A DNA stretch of 64,000 bases from an uncultured virus (IMG/VR IMGVR_UViG_3300031963_000091) (Duplodnaviria > Heunggongvirae > Uroviricota > Caudoviricetes). Where the stretch lies: IMG/VR virus record IMGVR_UViG_3300031963_000091; one strand, 5' to 3'. A program made the position numbers and the translations under genes. The notes beneath the pieces are model-generated. The model saw nothing but the letters and a program-made list of their open reading frames with translations. It had not been told where the DNA came from and ran no database searches. Position 1 is the stretch's first letter. Every line of letters starts with the position of its first letter. Below are positions 10,017-20,725 of this stretch, in pieces.

Positions 10017-10283
10017 TTAGTTTGTGAATGCTACTTTATTTGCTCTAATTGCAGTCGTTGACCAAATAACATCAGATGGTGCTTTTGTTAAAAACTCAAC
10101 AGTTCCACCTGGAAGTTCAAAGAAATTAGTTGATGCTGCTCCAACTAAAGTGTTAATTCCGACAGTCACAATTCCAGCAGTGTTGTTATATAACCGAACA
10201 CAAGTTGCATCACTGATACTGCTGGCAGCACCGGCAGTTGTTGCAGTATTAACTTGTGTTGTGACAATCTTTGTAATCATCAT
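10017..10283 (-). CDS. Small hypothetical protein (head gene cluster)
   Basis: 88-aa ORF tightly packed between g20 and g21. Confidence 0.75.
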   Translation of the reverse strand: MMITKIVTTQVNTATTAGAASSISDATCVRLYNNTAGIVTVGINTLVGAASTNFFELPGGTVEFLTKAPSDVIWSTTAIRANKVAFTN

Positions 10284-10441
10284 TCTTCCTCTGGACTATT
10301 TTCTCCAAACATTGATGCTGCCGCAACTGGGCGAAGAGCATCCACTCTCTCACTCGCTTTAGCAAACAAAACTTCTTTAATTCTTCCAGAAATATCTGAA
10401 GGAGCAGAGTCCGTTGCAATCAAATCGACAATATCTTCCAT
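10280..10441 (-). CDS. Small acidic prohead-core-like protein (gp67/68 position), 53 aa; not in ORF track
   Basis: Hand translation MEDIVDLIATDSAPSDISGRIKEVLFAKASERVDALRPVAAASMFGENSPEEE*. Late promoter TATAAATA at 10468-10475; ATGA overlap with the next gene. Confidence 0.75.
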   Translation of the reverse strand: MEDIVDLIATDSAPSDISGRIKEVLFAKASERVDALRPVAAASMFGENSPEEE

Positions 10442-10470
10442 GAAAACTTTAATATATGATGTATACTTAT

Positions 10471-12144
10471 TTATATCTCTGCCTTTTTAGTGTCTTTTTG
10501 AAGTTGGGCATCAACATCAGCAGATTGGTTTTCAAGATCTGGTTCTTGGGGAACTTCTCCCATTGGACCCATCTCACCACCTGTGGGCAAAGGTTCTCCC
10601 GTTATTGGATCTACAGCATTTGGATCTGGAATAATTCCATCTTTAATTTCTTTTTCAATCTGTCCATCAATGTCAATAATTTCCTGATCTGTCTGACGAA
10701 GAACTCTTTTACGGACATATTCTACGGAGAAATACTTTCCAATATATGGTTCCATTGTGGCAACCAATCCAAGTCTTTCGTTCATTAATTCAGATTCTTT
10801 TAATTCGGCAAATTGATTGTCGTATAAGAAGTCATACTGAATGTGGTCGTTAATTTGATCCCAGTCTTCTGGTGTAATAACATTTTTAAGAATCAGTTGA
10901 GTTTTCAACATGTCACTGAACATGTTGGCAAAACGCTTTCTTAAACGACCGACAAATTTTGCGAATTTAAGTTCATCTCTTAAAATCTCTGATGATCTCC
11001 CAAGATTAAAACCACCATCATTCGCAATTCTGGATTCTGGAACATTTAGAGATCTATAGAGTTTCTTTTGGAAGTACTCAACATCACTCAATTCTCCAAG
11101 ATTTTGCCCACCTGGAAGTGTGGTAATTTCAGTTCCTCTACCACCTTCTCTTCTTGGAAGCCAGAAATCTTCAAGCATACTCATATACTTGCGATCATCA
11201 CGAACTTCACCAGTGTTCGCATCATAAACAAGTTTATTTCTATAACGAGACATAACCTCTTTGAGGTATTGTTCAGCCTTTACTTTGGGAAGATTGCCCA
11301 CATCAATATAAAAAATTCTTCTTTCTGGGGCTCTTGAAAGTCTGTAAATAACAAGTGAATCCTCAATCATGCGGAGTTGATTGAGAGACTTAATTGCTTT
11401 GTGAAGATACGAAAGGCAAGTTCCCTTGTTTCTATCAAAAAGACCAGAAGTTACATAGGTGACTGAATCTTTGGCAATCTTGATTGATCCTTTAGTATTT
11501 CCAGCAGATGAAAAAGTTCCAGTTGGATAATTTGGTTTTGGAGTATAGACATAATACTCTTCAATCTCTGGATAAATTTCTTTTCTTACATCAGTTGGAC
11601 TTTGTAAAGCTACAAGATTATTTTTATTGGACTTCTTTTCCTGCCTTACAAATTTAATTTTCATGGGATCAATATATCTGATCTCTTGAATCCCATCTTG
11701 AGGTTTTTTGATATCAATAACTTTAAGATAATAAAGTCTTCCATCAACATACCAGTTTCTAAAAATTTCATGGGACTTTTTATCAAAGTCCATCATTTCT
11801 TTAATATGTCTAAATTCTTCTCTAATTTTTGATTTTAACTTATCGCTTGCGTTTACATTTGTGAGTTCAATTTCAACAGGAGAATCATAAAGATCACTGA
11901 CAATTGCTTCATTCACAATATCTTCTACAGCAGCATCACATTCTGGATGTAATGCCATTTCACGATATCTTCTAATTAAATCAAATTCTGTTCTATAGAC
12001 ACCTTCAATATCTACATATTGACCATAAAAACCAGATTGAATATAATAATCAACCCCGTCCTCATTTGTTTGGGGGACGGGGGATACTACGGAATCCGGT
12101 TTTTTGGAGGCATCATCAATAGAAAATCCAAAAAGCTTTGCCAT
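10471..12144 (-). CDS. g20: Portal vertex protein gp20
   Basis: MAKLFGFSI, RAPERRIFYIDVGNLPK and EDFWLPRREGGRGTEITTLPGG. Confidence 0.99.
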   Translation of the reverse strand: MAKLFGFSIDDASKKPDSVVSPVPQTNEDGVDYYIQSGFYGQYVDIEGVYRTEFDLIRRYREMALHPECDAAVEDIVNEAIVSDLYDSPVEIELTNVNASDKLKSKIREEFRHIKEMMDFDKKSHEIFRNWYVDGRLYYLKVIDIKKPQDGIQEIRYIDPMKIKFVRQEKKSNKNNLVALQSPTDVRKEIYPEIEEYYVYTPKPNYPTGTFSSAGNTKGSIKIAKDSVTYVTSGLFDRNKGTCLSYLHKAIKSLNQLRMIEDSLVIYRLSRAPERRIFYIDVGNLPKVKAEQYLKEVMSRYRNKLVYDANTGEVRDDRKYMSMLEDFWLPRREGGRGTEITTLPGGQNLGELSDVEYFQKKLYRSLNVPESRIANDGGFNLGRSSEILRDELKFAKFVGRLRKRFANMFSDMLKTQLILKNVITPEDWDQINDHIQYDFLYDNQFAELKESELMNERLGLVATMEPYIGKYFSVEYVRKRVLRQTDQEIIDIDGQIEKEIKDGIIPDPNAVDPITGEPLPTGGEMGPMGEVPQEPDLENQSADVDAQLQKDTKKAEI

Positions 12145-12172
12145 TTTATAAATTTAAAACCGTTTTATCTAT

Positions 12173-12745
12173 TTATCTAATGTTGTCACCACCCGCTCCT
12201 GGAGCGGTTCCTCTAATTGCTTCCCACCACTGGACCTGAAGTTCTACAGTGAACTCTTCAATGGTGTCAGTAGTATCGTATGAAAGATCAATTTGAGAAA
12301 CATTGGTTGGAAAAACATCATGGAATTTATATGATCTCAACTTTTCTCCATCACGATCAAGTTGATGGACATAAGCATCAGCAATGTATGATGTTGGATC
12401 AGTCAAACCTTGTGCGGTTTCAACATTATTAATTTTATTCATCCAGTCTTCAAAAGCATGGCGAATAGCGAAGTCAGTATCGTTAATTACGGTTACTGTC
12501 CAGGTGTCAAATGTTCTGTCTCCAGCAACTTTTAAAACTCTTCCCCTAAATGCCACATCAATAGGTGTAACATTAGAAGCAGGAAGTGCTGCTGTTTTTA
12601 CGAGGAAGCGATCTAGATCATTATTTGCTCCAGATAAAGCAATGCCTTGACCTGTTGGAAAGTTGAGTTCAACTTCAAATAGATTGGGTCTAGCACCGCC
12701 GCCTTTTAGTCTAGCTTTAAAATCCGAAATTGTTCTTAATGCCAT
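12173..12745 (-). CDS. g19: Tail tube protein gp19
   Basis: GGGARPNLFEV, FRGRVLKVAGDRTFDTWTVT and IEEFTVELQVQWW. Confidence 0.97.
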   Translation of the reverse strand: MALRTISDFKARLKGGGARPNLFEVELNFPTGQGIALSGANNDLDRFLVKTAALPASNVTPIDVAFRGRVLKVAGDRTFDTWTVTVINDTDFAIRHAFEDWMNKINNVETAQGLTDPTSYIADAYVHQLDRDGEKLRSYKFHDVFPTNVSQIDLSYDTTDTIEEFTVELQVQWWEAIRGTAPGAGGDNIR

Positions 12746-12763
12746 TGTTAGATACCTCTAAAA

Positions 12764-14929
12764 TTAAACGGTTCCGATGATTTCTTCAAACGAGACACCA
12801 GATCTGGTGGCAACGAAAGTCAATCCAATGAAGTTAATAGATCTAGCAGGTTTGATGAAGATGTCAGCAACAAATTCATTATTATCTATGACTGCTGCTG
12901 TATTGTTGGTCTCATCACAGATGACTCTGAAATCTTGAATACCTCTCTTTGCCTGAACATCGCGGAGGAAAGGATCAACGATGTTTACAAAGTTTGATCT
13001 TGTAGTTTCATCGTTGAATTCAAACAGTTGATCTTTAGCAGCAGCGGAGATTGCGTTCTCAAGATAGATGAACAATCTGCGAACATTAATTCTGTCAAAT
13101 GCGGAAGACTTGGCAAGACCAGTCTTGTCTCCAAAGAGAACAATTCCAGAACCAGGAGTAAAGATTACAGAGTTAATTCTATTCGAATAGAGTCTATCTC
13201 TTTGAGTCTTACTTGGGTTGTAAGCAAGTTTGACGGCGTTTAGGATAGCTCCTCTATTTGTTCCTGCTGGTGAGAACCATGGGAAGTTATTGATGTCAGT
13301 TCTGGCACATGTACCAGCAATGTCACCATTCAGTGGAACATATCTGAAAGTATCCGCAAACTTATCATACATGTACTTGTATCCACTATCAAATACGGAG
13401 TATGAAGATGATGTTACTGGAGCATAGAAACTGATTATGTTGTTTGTTATGTCAGCAGCAGAGTTAACTGTTACTGATCCAACAGCAGAATCATTTAAGA
13501 ATGCTAGTCTGTATGGTGAGATGAATGCTACTGCATCCTTTCTTTCTTCGGCAACTGAAATCAGTTTGTTAGCAAGTGCTTGGGCACTTTCTTTTGCGTA
13601 ATTCGCAGAACCCATCAGAAGGAAATCAACCTCATACTCTTCACTGTTAGCAAAGAGATCATATCCAGACGAAAGGCTACCAATTGTTGATGTGAGTGAA
13701 CCAGAGGCGGTTATGTCTGATCCGCCGTTATAGTTTAGACCACCAGCAAGAGTTAGAGTATTTGCTCCAGTGGCAGCGAAAATGATGGAACTTGTGTCTT
13801 GATCCCATCCAGTATCTGTGGCAAGAGTAAATCCAGAACTAAATCCAGTGGTTACAATGCCTGCTGGTTGTGAACCACCAAAGATATACTGTGAGTTAGA
13901 AGCAAGATACTTTCTCCAGTATGATGGTGAACCAGCGGAGAATTCGGCATCCTTTGCCTTTGAAAGGCTTAAGTGCTTTTCAAGAATGGTTCCAGCATTA
14001 CCAGTTACAACACCTTTGTCGTCAATAACAACAACATGAATTTCATCAAATCTTGAATTTCTTGCTGCTGCGAAAGATGATGTTGAAGGACGATCAGCGA
14101 TGTTGTTCCAAGAAATTGTAGTATTATTGGAAAGTGAGATCGTCTGCTGATCAAACCAATCTAACTGTGAGGTGTATGAAGTTGAACCAGCGGCAGTTGC
14201 TTGACCACTGGTGTGAATCGCAACACTACCAGATCCAGAGAACGCATAAACGCCAGATGGTTGGTAATCTACTGCAGTTTCGGTTCCTGCTGCCGAAACA
14301 TGAGATATGACCTTTACATAGGCATTGGTTCCACTGATTTCAGTGATGACACCCTTCAGGTATCCATCCAGAGTTGAAGTGGTTCCTGCTCCTGGAAGAG
14401 TTGAGGAAATTGCCTGGGTTACACCATATCCAACCTGAATATTTGGAAGGCTGGCACTGGTTGAAACGCCAACAAGAATTTGGTCTGCCTTGGCATCAAC
14501 CAGGGCAACTTTAATACCGTTGGACCAAGAACCTGGATTTCTTGCTGCTACGGTTACATCAGTAATCGTGCTTTCGTCGTAACCAAGATTGTTATAGTCG
14601 TCAAGACTCTTGATCTTGATGCTAGATGCTGCTCCAGCAAAACCGTTCTTAAGATCAGAATCATCAGATCTTACAACCTGTAACGCACCACCATATGCCA
14701 GATATGATGAGGCAACCATCCAATGTTCGTAGTGCTTATCAGTTGGGTATGGCTCTCCAAAGTTTTGGAGTAAGTCGGACTCATTCTCTACTAAAATAGG
14801 TACATCTACAGGACCTTTTGCGAAAGGTGCTACAATTGCTCCAACGGCATCGGAAGTTGGATCAATTCTACCTACGGTTAAATCAACTTCTCTTACTACA
14901 ATGCCAGGAGATGCTAAATTTAGCGGCAT
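12764..14929 (-). CDS. g18: Contractile tail sheath protein gp18
   Basis: LASPGIVVREVDLT, PWFSPAG, FDRINVRRLF and IKPARSINFI. Confidence 0.98.
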   Translation of the reverse strand: MPLNLASPGIVVREVDLTVGRIDPTSDAVGAIVAPFAKGPVDVPILVENESDLLQNFGEPYPTDKHYEHWMVASSYLAYGGALQVVRSDDSDLKNGFAGAASSIKIKSLDDYNNLGYDESTITDVTVAARNPGSWSNGIKVALVDAKADQILVGVSTSASLPNIQVGYGVTQAISSTLPGAGTTSTLDGYLKGVITEISGTNAYVKVISHVSAAGTETAVDYQPSGVYAFSGSGSVAIHTSGQATAAGSTSYTSQLDWFDQQTISLSNNTTISWNNIADRPSTSSFAAARNSRFDEIHVVVIDDKGVVTGNAGTILEKHLSLSKAKDAEFSAGSPSYWRKYLASNSQYIFGGSQPAGIVTTGFSSGFTLATDTGWDQDTSSIIFAATGANTLTLAGGLNYNGGSDITASGSLTSTIGSLSSGYDLFANSEEYEVDFLLMGSANYAKESAQALANKLISVAEERKDAVAFISPYRLAFLNDSAVGSVTVNSAADITNNIISFYAPVTSSSYSVFDSGYKYMYDKFADTFRYVPLNGDIAGTCARTDINNFPWFSPAGTNRGAILNAVKLAYNPSKTQRDRLYSNRINSVIFTPGSGIVLFGDKTGLAKSSAFDRINVRRLFIYLENAISAAAKDQLFEFNDETTRSNFVNIVDPFLRDVQAKRGIQDFRVICDETNNTAAVIDNNEFVADIFIKPARSINFIGLTFVATRSGVSFEEIIGTV

Positions 14930-15013
14930 CTTTGTTCTCCTACAAGTCCAAAATTATTCTAGAAATATTTATTAAAAAGGTTATTTTAAATGGGGAAATG
15001 ATGCGTGAACAAG

Positions 15014-15253
15014 TCACCAGTCAGGATATTCCCACTCTAGAGATGATTTGGTATTCTTTTTGTCCTTTCTATTTCTTATGACTCTATTTTTTGTACAATC
15101 TTTACATTCATAAGAATAAGCAGATGAAAAGACTTTTCTGTCTTTTCTGGTCAAATAGAAGTCATCCATTAAATTTTTGACCTTTCCACATATTCTACAT
15201 TTTCTATCAAAAAATAATATATGCTCCAGTTCTAATTGATCATCTAAATCCAT
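15014..15253 (-). CDS. Small Cys-pair (zinc-finger-like) protein between g17 and g18
   Basis: CRICG...ECKDC; ATG at 15253 overlaps the g17 stop (TAATG). Confidence 0.75.
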   Translation of the reverse strand: MDLDDQLELEHILFFDRKCRICGKVKNLMDDFYLTRKDRKVFSSAYSYECKDCTKNRVIRNRKDKKNTKSSLEWEYPDW

Positions 15254-16899
15254 TAAAGATAATCCCACATGTATGAGCGATCACCATACTCATCCAAGTG
15301 CCATCTATCCCCATCAGTATCAACAAAACTTTCTGCGTCTTCTAGTCCAGTTTGAATAAATCCAAATGGTGACATGTCTTGTTCAATTTGATTTTTTTGC
15401 TCTTCATAGATTCTTTTACGAACATCGTTGTCCGTCATCTCTTTGAAATAATCTTGAGCAACTAACCAAGAGAAAATGACGAGACACATTGCCAGGTCAT
15501 CATTACACCCCTCTTCTGCTTCAAAGGAGTTATGACGCTGGGCAAATGTTGTAAGTTCGGATATAATGTCGTAGTCAACTGTCAGTAACTTATCATCTTC
15601 TAGTAAGGTCTTTAGATTAGAGCATCCTAATTTTTTAACCGCAGATGTCATTCTGACACCCAATTGTGATTTCTTACCACTGAATCCAGATCCTACAATC
15701 TGTCCAGCACGACCACGCATTGAGCACATTAAAACATTATCATACTCAAGATCAAAGTGTAAAATATTTGCGACTTGATCTCCAATATCATTAACTTCTA
15801 TCAATAACCAAGAGTCATTGTATGCTTTAGCAACTTCGTGAATGACACTTGGAAACAGCATTGGTTTGATTTCATTATTTCTATATTTGGCAACAACTCT
15901 ATACGGAAACTCTGTAATGTCAAAAACAATAAAGGCAGAATAATCATTGCCAAGTCCACGAGCAACATCAACCGTAATCAAATAATTATTTTCTTCTTTT
16001 GGTTGCTGATATATGTCAAGACCGGCATTTCTTTTGATAGGATCTTCATAAACAAGATTTCTTAACTTTGATGGATTGATAAGAGTATTAACAGATCCTA
16101 AAAATTCACATTCAAACTCAACCTTGAATTGTGCTTCTGAAGTGTTAGCAATAGTTTGTTCTTTCCATGCTTCATCCCTACCAGGAACTTCTGACCAATG
16201 AACATCAGTAGGAACATATTCGTTTTTACTTCTTTCAGCATCATGCCACATGCGATAGAAGTGATTCATACCGCGTGGCGTTGAGACTATGATGACCTTT
16301 GTGCTCTGTCCAGAAGAAATAGTAGGATAAACAGAGGCAAAGAAGTCATCAGCAATGTGATTCGGGATGAAAGCGAACTCGTCAAGAAAGATGACATTAT
16401 AGGATCCGCCTCGGACAGCAGATGACGAAGTAGAGTTAGATGAAATTTTGGAGCCATTTTCCAGTTCTAAAGATCCTTTGTTCCACGATATAATACCTTG
16501 CTGCATCCATTTAGGTAGATTCTCATAAGCAAGTTGTAGTCTTCCAAGAAGGTCTCTTGCTGTGGATGCTTTGTTCGCTAGAATAGCTATATTAACATTG
16601 TCGTTGAATACGGCATAATGTAACAAATATGAAACACAAGTTGTAGATTTACCTGTCTGACGAGGCATCTTGCAAATATTAAATCTGTTCTTGTGAAAGT
16701 TTTCAATCAACTTCTCTTGAAATGGATACATCTCAAAAGGAACAAGACCGTGATCAAGAGACACGATCTTAATATAATTTCTAGCAAAATATACAGGATC
16801 CTCTTTACACTTTAAGAACTCAATGATTTGTTCTTCTGTGAATTCAATCTGCGTATTTGCCTTCTTAAGGTTTGGATTTCCCAGGTATACTTCACTCAT
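15253..16899 (-). CDS. g17: Terminase large subunit gp17
   Basis: YLGNPNLKK, PRQTGKST (Walker A), IFLDEFAF (Walker B) and the C-terminal nuclease DDLAM; no intein visible. Confidence 0.99.
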   Translation of the reverse strand: MSEVYLGNPNLKKANTQIEFTEEQIIEFLKCKEDPVYFARNYIKIVSLDHGLVPFEMYPFQEKLIENFHKNRFNICKMPRQTGKSTTCVSYLLHYAVFNDNVNIAILANKASTARDLLGRLQLAYENLPKWMQQGIISWNKGSLELENGSKISSNSTSSSAVRGGSYNVIFLDEFAFIPNHIADDFFASVYPTISSGQSTKVIIVSTPRGMNHFYRMWHDAERSKNEYVPTDVHWSEVPGRDEAWKEQTIANTSEAQFKVEFECEFLGSVNTLINPSKLRNLVYEDPIKRNAGLDIYQQPKEENNYLITVDVARGLGNDYSAFIVFDITEFPYRVVAKYRNNEIKPMLFPSVIHEVAKAYNDSWLLIEVNDIGDQVANILHFDLEYDNVLMCSMRGRAGQIVGSGFSGKKSQLGVRMTSAVKKLGCSNLKTLLEDDKLLTVDYDIISELTTFAQRHNSFEAEEGCNDDLAMCLVIFSWLVAQDYFKEMTDNDVRKRIYEEQKNQIEQDMSPFGFIQTGLEDAESFVDTDGDRWHLDEYGDRSYMWDYL

Positions 16900-16908
16900 A
16901 ATTTCACC

Positions 16909-18339
16909 TTAATAAATTTCTCTCCACTGAAGTGATGCAGCAACTTGAGCACCAGCACCAACACTAGTTGATATTGTTCTCACAACAATTACATAAATTT
17001 CTGAATTTGTTGAGTCTAAGTTTTGAACAATGATATTTTTCTTTGCTGTTGTGAGTTCTCCGGAAGCAACTGGGGATAGTGAGTTTTGAGATGATCCTGA
17101 TGGAACATAACCAGAAGCAAATACATCACCATCACTATATGTTGTAGCATCGATACAATATTCAACACCACTATTATCAGAAGTAGAAGTCCAAGTTAAA
17201 GTTCCAGCATTACTCAAATACGCAGAACTTGGAAGTTTTGCAATTTTATAAACAATACTATTTGTCTCTGCATAAAGAGAAATATTATTTAATCTAACTG
17301 ATATTCTGTTTGGATATCCTTGGAAAGTATTTTTGAGACGAATAGCAACTAATGGAAGTTCTGTTCCACCTGGAGTTGGAACTGATCTTGTAGTTTGCAT
17401 TGTGTATGCAAAGTCAACACCACTTTCTACATAACCACCTTCACTTGCAACAGTAGAACAAATTTGATCAAATGATGCTCCAATACCAACACCAGTGTTT
17501 CTTAACTCACAACGAACTGGTAGGTTTGGATTTGCAATATAAACTGTAGGAAGATTGTTTGAATGGTAGAACTCGTGTGCAGTAATTAACTTTCCATCGT
17601 GGGCAAAACCACAACGAACTCTACCAACACCCAACCACTGAAAGTCAATAAATGCTAATTGAGTTTTTGTAAAATCAATATTAAAACCAGAAGCACCAGT
17701 TCCATCACATTTATCCTTATTCCATTGTGATCTTGGAATTCTTGTTTCTGTTGCACTTCCTGATATAAAAGTTCTAATGACCCAGTTATAAGTTCCTATT
17801 CCAGCATTAACTCCATCAGAAGTACTTAATCCAACTTGCTCTAAGTAGATCCCGTCCCTGTCATCAAAGTATCCAGTTCTTTTTGTTGCATTCTGTTGAG
17901 GTGCATAGAAATTAAAAGAACTAAAAATTAGTTGCGATTTTCCTGGTTGATAATGGTGATAAAACTTTGTTTGGTGAATACAAAATGCTGTGCTTCCAAT
18001 ACCAGTTTGAAGTCTTGCTGCCGCCTGGTTTACTAGATATGAAACTGTTGAACCAGCTCCTGATAATCCATCAAGAAAGTTGGTATCAATAGCATACAAG
18101 TGCTTGTAATCACCAAGAGTAAATGGTTCAGAAACTCTTGCTCTACCAAAAGCATCATACGAATTATTATCTGGATTAATTACTAACCCAGTACCTGTTT
18201 GTATTCCAATAGTACCTGTGACTGGAAATGGATTATCTAAAGTTACTACTTCGCCATTTTTATTGGCGATCATATTCACCTCAAAAAGTGTCCTTTCTTG
18301 ATTCAGAAAGTCTTGAGTATTTTTATTAAATTGTGCCAT
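16909..18339 (-). CDS. Putative virion structural protein
   Basis: 476-aa beta-rich ORF (DAFGRARVSEPFTL, DFQWLGVGRVRCGF) inside the late structural operon. Confidence 0.6.
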   Translation of the reverse strand: MAQFNKNTQDFLNQERTLFEVNMIANKNGEVVTLDNPFPVTGTIGIQTGTGLVINPDNNSYDAFGRARVSEPFTLGDYKHLYAIDTNFLDGLSGAGSTVSYLVNQAAARLQTGIGSTAFCIHQTKFYHHYQPGKSQLIFSSFNFYAPQQNATKRTGYFDDRDGIYLEQVGLSTSDGVNAGIGTYNWVIRTFISGSATETRIPRSQWNKDKCDGTGASGFNIDFTKTQLAFIDFQWLGVGRVRCGFAHDGKLITAHEFYHSNNLPTVYIANPNLPVRCELRNTGVGIGASFDQICSTVASEGGYVESGVDFAYTMQTTRSVPTPGGTELPLVAIRLKNTFQGYPNRISVRLNNISLYAETNSIVYKIAKLPSSAYLSNAGTLTWTSTSDNSGVEYCIDATTYSDGDVFASGYVPSGSSQNSLSPVASGELTTAKKNIIVQNLDSTNSEIYVIVVRTISTSVGAGAQVAASLQWREIY

Positions 18340-18341
18340 AA

Positions 18342-18656
18342 TTAATCAGTCCAAGTTAGTCTTTCTGGTTGGTATCTTTGCGTATTTTTGATTCTTAAAG
18401 AACTTTGTGATTGTGATGGGTAAATGTTATGAACAATTGCTCCAGGATATTCACCCTGAAGTTGTTCTGCGAGAGCATTCTTATCCATCATAGAACCCTC
18501 TACTTCAATACGATATAGTTTTCCTTCCCAAACTACATCAGCAAGGAAAGATTCTGTTGCTTGCTCTGGTTGAGATCCACTGTTCATATAGAGATTTCCA
18601 TTGAAATCTCCGGCAATATTGATACTCTCTGATAAAAAGTCTTTAAATGATTTCAT
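18342..18656 (-). CDS. Hypothetical protein with capsid-targeting-like N-terminus
   Basis: Begins MKSFKDFLSE, resembling the T4 internal-protein targeting sequence MKTYQEFIAE. Confidence 0.65.
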   Translation of the reverse strand: MKSFKDFLSESINIAGDFNGNLYMNSGSQPEQATESFLADVVWEGKLYRIEVEGSMMDKNALAEQLQGEYPGAIVHNIYPSQSQSSLRIKNTQRYQPERLTWTD

Positions 18657-18657
18657 T

Positions 18658-20268
18658 TTAGTTACAGTTCCAACGACGGAGGGCTTTGTTGATTCTTGAA
18701 TCTGGGTCTCTTGCTGTTTTAGCAGAAGTGAGTTTTGCTTTCATTCCAGACATACGACTACAAAAGTTTTTACGACGCTTTGCTCTTTTGCCACTTGGAT
18801 TCTTTTCAGTTACAGCAGTCTGCAGTTTTGAACCTGGATTCTCACGACGATATGCATTAACTGCCTTTTGACTTAATCCATCTGTTTTGTCTTTGCGATT
18901 AACCGATTGCCAATCTTCAGAAAGTTCTTCTCTCCAGTTAGAAAACTGCTCCTTTTTTACACAACGATTATAAGGTTTTCCAAATAGTTTTTGTGTTCCT
19001 TTTTTCTCATATCCTGGCCAACATTTTTTTGCCTCTTCAATATCATGTTCTCCACTTTCAATGTAGTCCGCCGCAGAGTCCAGATAATCTGCCGCTTTTG
19101 TAATTTTTGATTGAACCCAAGCTTCAAGACTACCTTCACCTTTACCCATTTTTTTCTTTAATCTTTTCGCTGCGGAAATGATTGTAGAAATTTCAGAGCG
19201 AGCCATTGAATATTCATGATCCTTCTGTTCGTTTGCTGGATGTGGACTATTAGCATGATAATGTGGATTTGACATTGCTACTGATGACAAATTAATTGGT
19301 AGTGAATATGTATCCCAATATTTTGGACCATACTTACACTCATCTCTTAATTCATTTTTATTACATTTTGGACAATATCTTTCCATACTTACTTGCTCTG
19401 ATTTGGTTCCCCAATTGTCGGCACCTACTTTACGACACTTAACAAGTGCTCCAGAAGCATAAGCACTTGGCCAAACAGAATAACGAGACTTGACCTTGTG
19501 ATAGCAGGCGTCTTTTTTGCCACTACCCTTTCCTGGTTTATCCTTTACTTCTTGTAAGTTGACTTCTTCAGTTTTAACATTTGTTGGTGAGGCACCACCA
19601 GTTTTTTCTGGTTGATTTGGATCTTGACGATTTTTTCTTCTTCTTGCCTTCTCTTCCTCTTCATCTGACATGTTTGCTGCCATTTTAGAACTTCCACATT
19701 TTGGTGTAGAAGTTTGTCCTGGTTGACGGGCACATGGTTTACCTGCCCATTTACCACCCAGTTGAACCCAACCAGATTTTCCATCAGAAGATTTTGATTT
19801 TCCAAACCAATCACGAAGACCTTCATCTCCAGATTTTGTCTCTTCATATGCCATACCTCTTCTAGTATGCTTTAACTCACCTTTTTGTTTTGCAATTAAT
19901 TGTTTTGAAGCAACACTAGCTTGATTAGGAGCACTTAATGGATTTTCATCTGGAGTTTTTCTACCAGGATTATCATAAACATCAATATCACCATCAACAT
20001 CTCTATCAACATACTGCTTTACAGCATGATGTACCAACTGTTTCAAATCAAGATTCGGATCAAGTTGATGTTGAGACTTTGGTAAATGCTTTGTTTTATG
20101 GGTAAATTTTGAAAAGGTTATTTGTTCCTTTGCTTCTGAAAAGGGAGATTTTGATTTAGTCACTTCGCCTTTTTGTCTTTTTTTACGGGCAGCACAATGA
20201 GCCTTTTGTGAAAACCCTTGTGGATTATCACAATCGATTGATCTTTTATATTTACCAGACCAACTCAT
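18658..20268 (-). CDS. Modular basic protein, putative internal head polyprotein
   Basis: 536 aa of short Lys/Arg/Cys-rich modules separated by Glu-ending linkers; between g16 and g17. Confidence 0.7.
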   Translation of the reverse strand: MSWSGKYKRSIDCDNPQGFSQKAHCAARKKRQKGEVTKSKSPFSEAKEQITFSKFTHKTKHLPKSQHQLDPNLDLKQLVHHAVKQYVDRDVDGDIDVYDNPGRKTPDENPLSAPNQASVASKQLIAKQKGELKHTRRGMAYEETKSGDEGLRDWFGKSKSSDGKSGWVQLGGKWAGKPCARQPGQTSTPKCGSSKMAANMSDEEEEKARRRKNRQDPNQPEKTGGASPTNVKTEEVNLQEVKDKPGKGSGKKDACYHKVKSRYSVWPSAYASGALVKCRKVGADNWGTKSEQVSMERYCPKCNKNELRDECKYGPKYWDTYSLPINLSSVAMSNPHYHANSPHPANEQKDHEYSMARSEISTIISAAKRLKKKMGKGEGSLEAWVQSKITKAADYLDSAADYIESGEHDIEEAKKCWPGYEKKGTQKLFGKPYNRCVKKEQFSNWREELSEDWQSVNRKDKTDGLSQKAVNAYRRENPGSKLQTAVTEKNPSGKRAKRRKNFCSRMSGMKAKLTSAKTARDPDSRINKALRRWNCN

Positions 20269-20280
20269 TGAACTGTGTGT

Positions 20281-20709
20281 TTATTCTTTATTATTTAGAA
20301 AACCTTGTTTGAGTAGTTTCTGTAATTCTGATGTTGATCCCACAAACACTGCGTTATTTGTAACACTATTTGGTCCTTTGTTTCCAGTATCTTCTTCAAC
20401 ATCTTTCAACTTCTTTTGTAAATCTATAAGTTTATCTGTTACATCTCCAACGGATTTGATTAACTGACCAGCAACTTCATATGCTCTTGGAGACCCTCCT
20501 TCTCCGGCAAGTTCCATAATTCCATTAATTGCTTCTTGTCCCTTTTCAATTAATGAATATAAATTGGCACGGGTATATTCATAATCTTTTTTAATATCTG
20601 TACTGGTTTGTTTTATGATATCCAGTTCAGAACTATAATTAGATTCAACCTCAACAATATTACTTTCAATATTGAGTGCCTGATCAATTTTATCAAACTT
20701 ATTTGACAT
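20281..20709 (-). CDS. g16: Terminase small subunit gp16
   Basis: DYEYTRANLYSLIEKGQEA, PRAYEVAGQLIK and VFVGSTSELQKLLK. Confidence 0.95.
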   Translation of the reverse strand: MSNKFDKIDQALNIESNIVEVESNYSSELDIIKQTSTDIKKDYEYTRANLYSLIEKGQEAINGIMELAGEGGSPRAYEVAGQLIKSVGDVTDKLIDLQKKLKDVEEDTGNKGPNSVTNNAVFVGSTSELQKLLKQGFLNNKE

Positions 20710-20725
20710 GATTTTAATTCATCCG

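Noticed and set aside
10471..16899. Inteins or introns in g20/g17
   Set aside because: Both ORFs are of normal length and continuous, with no splice motifs seen.
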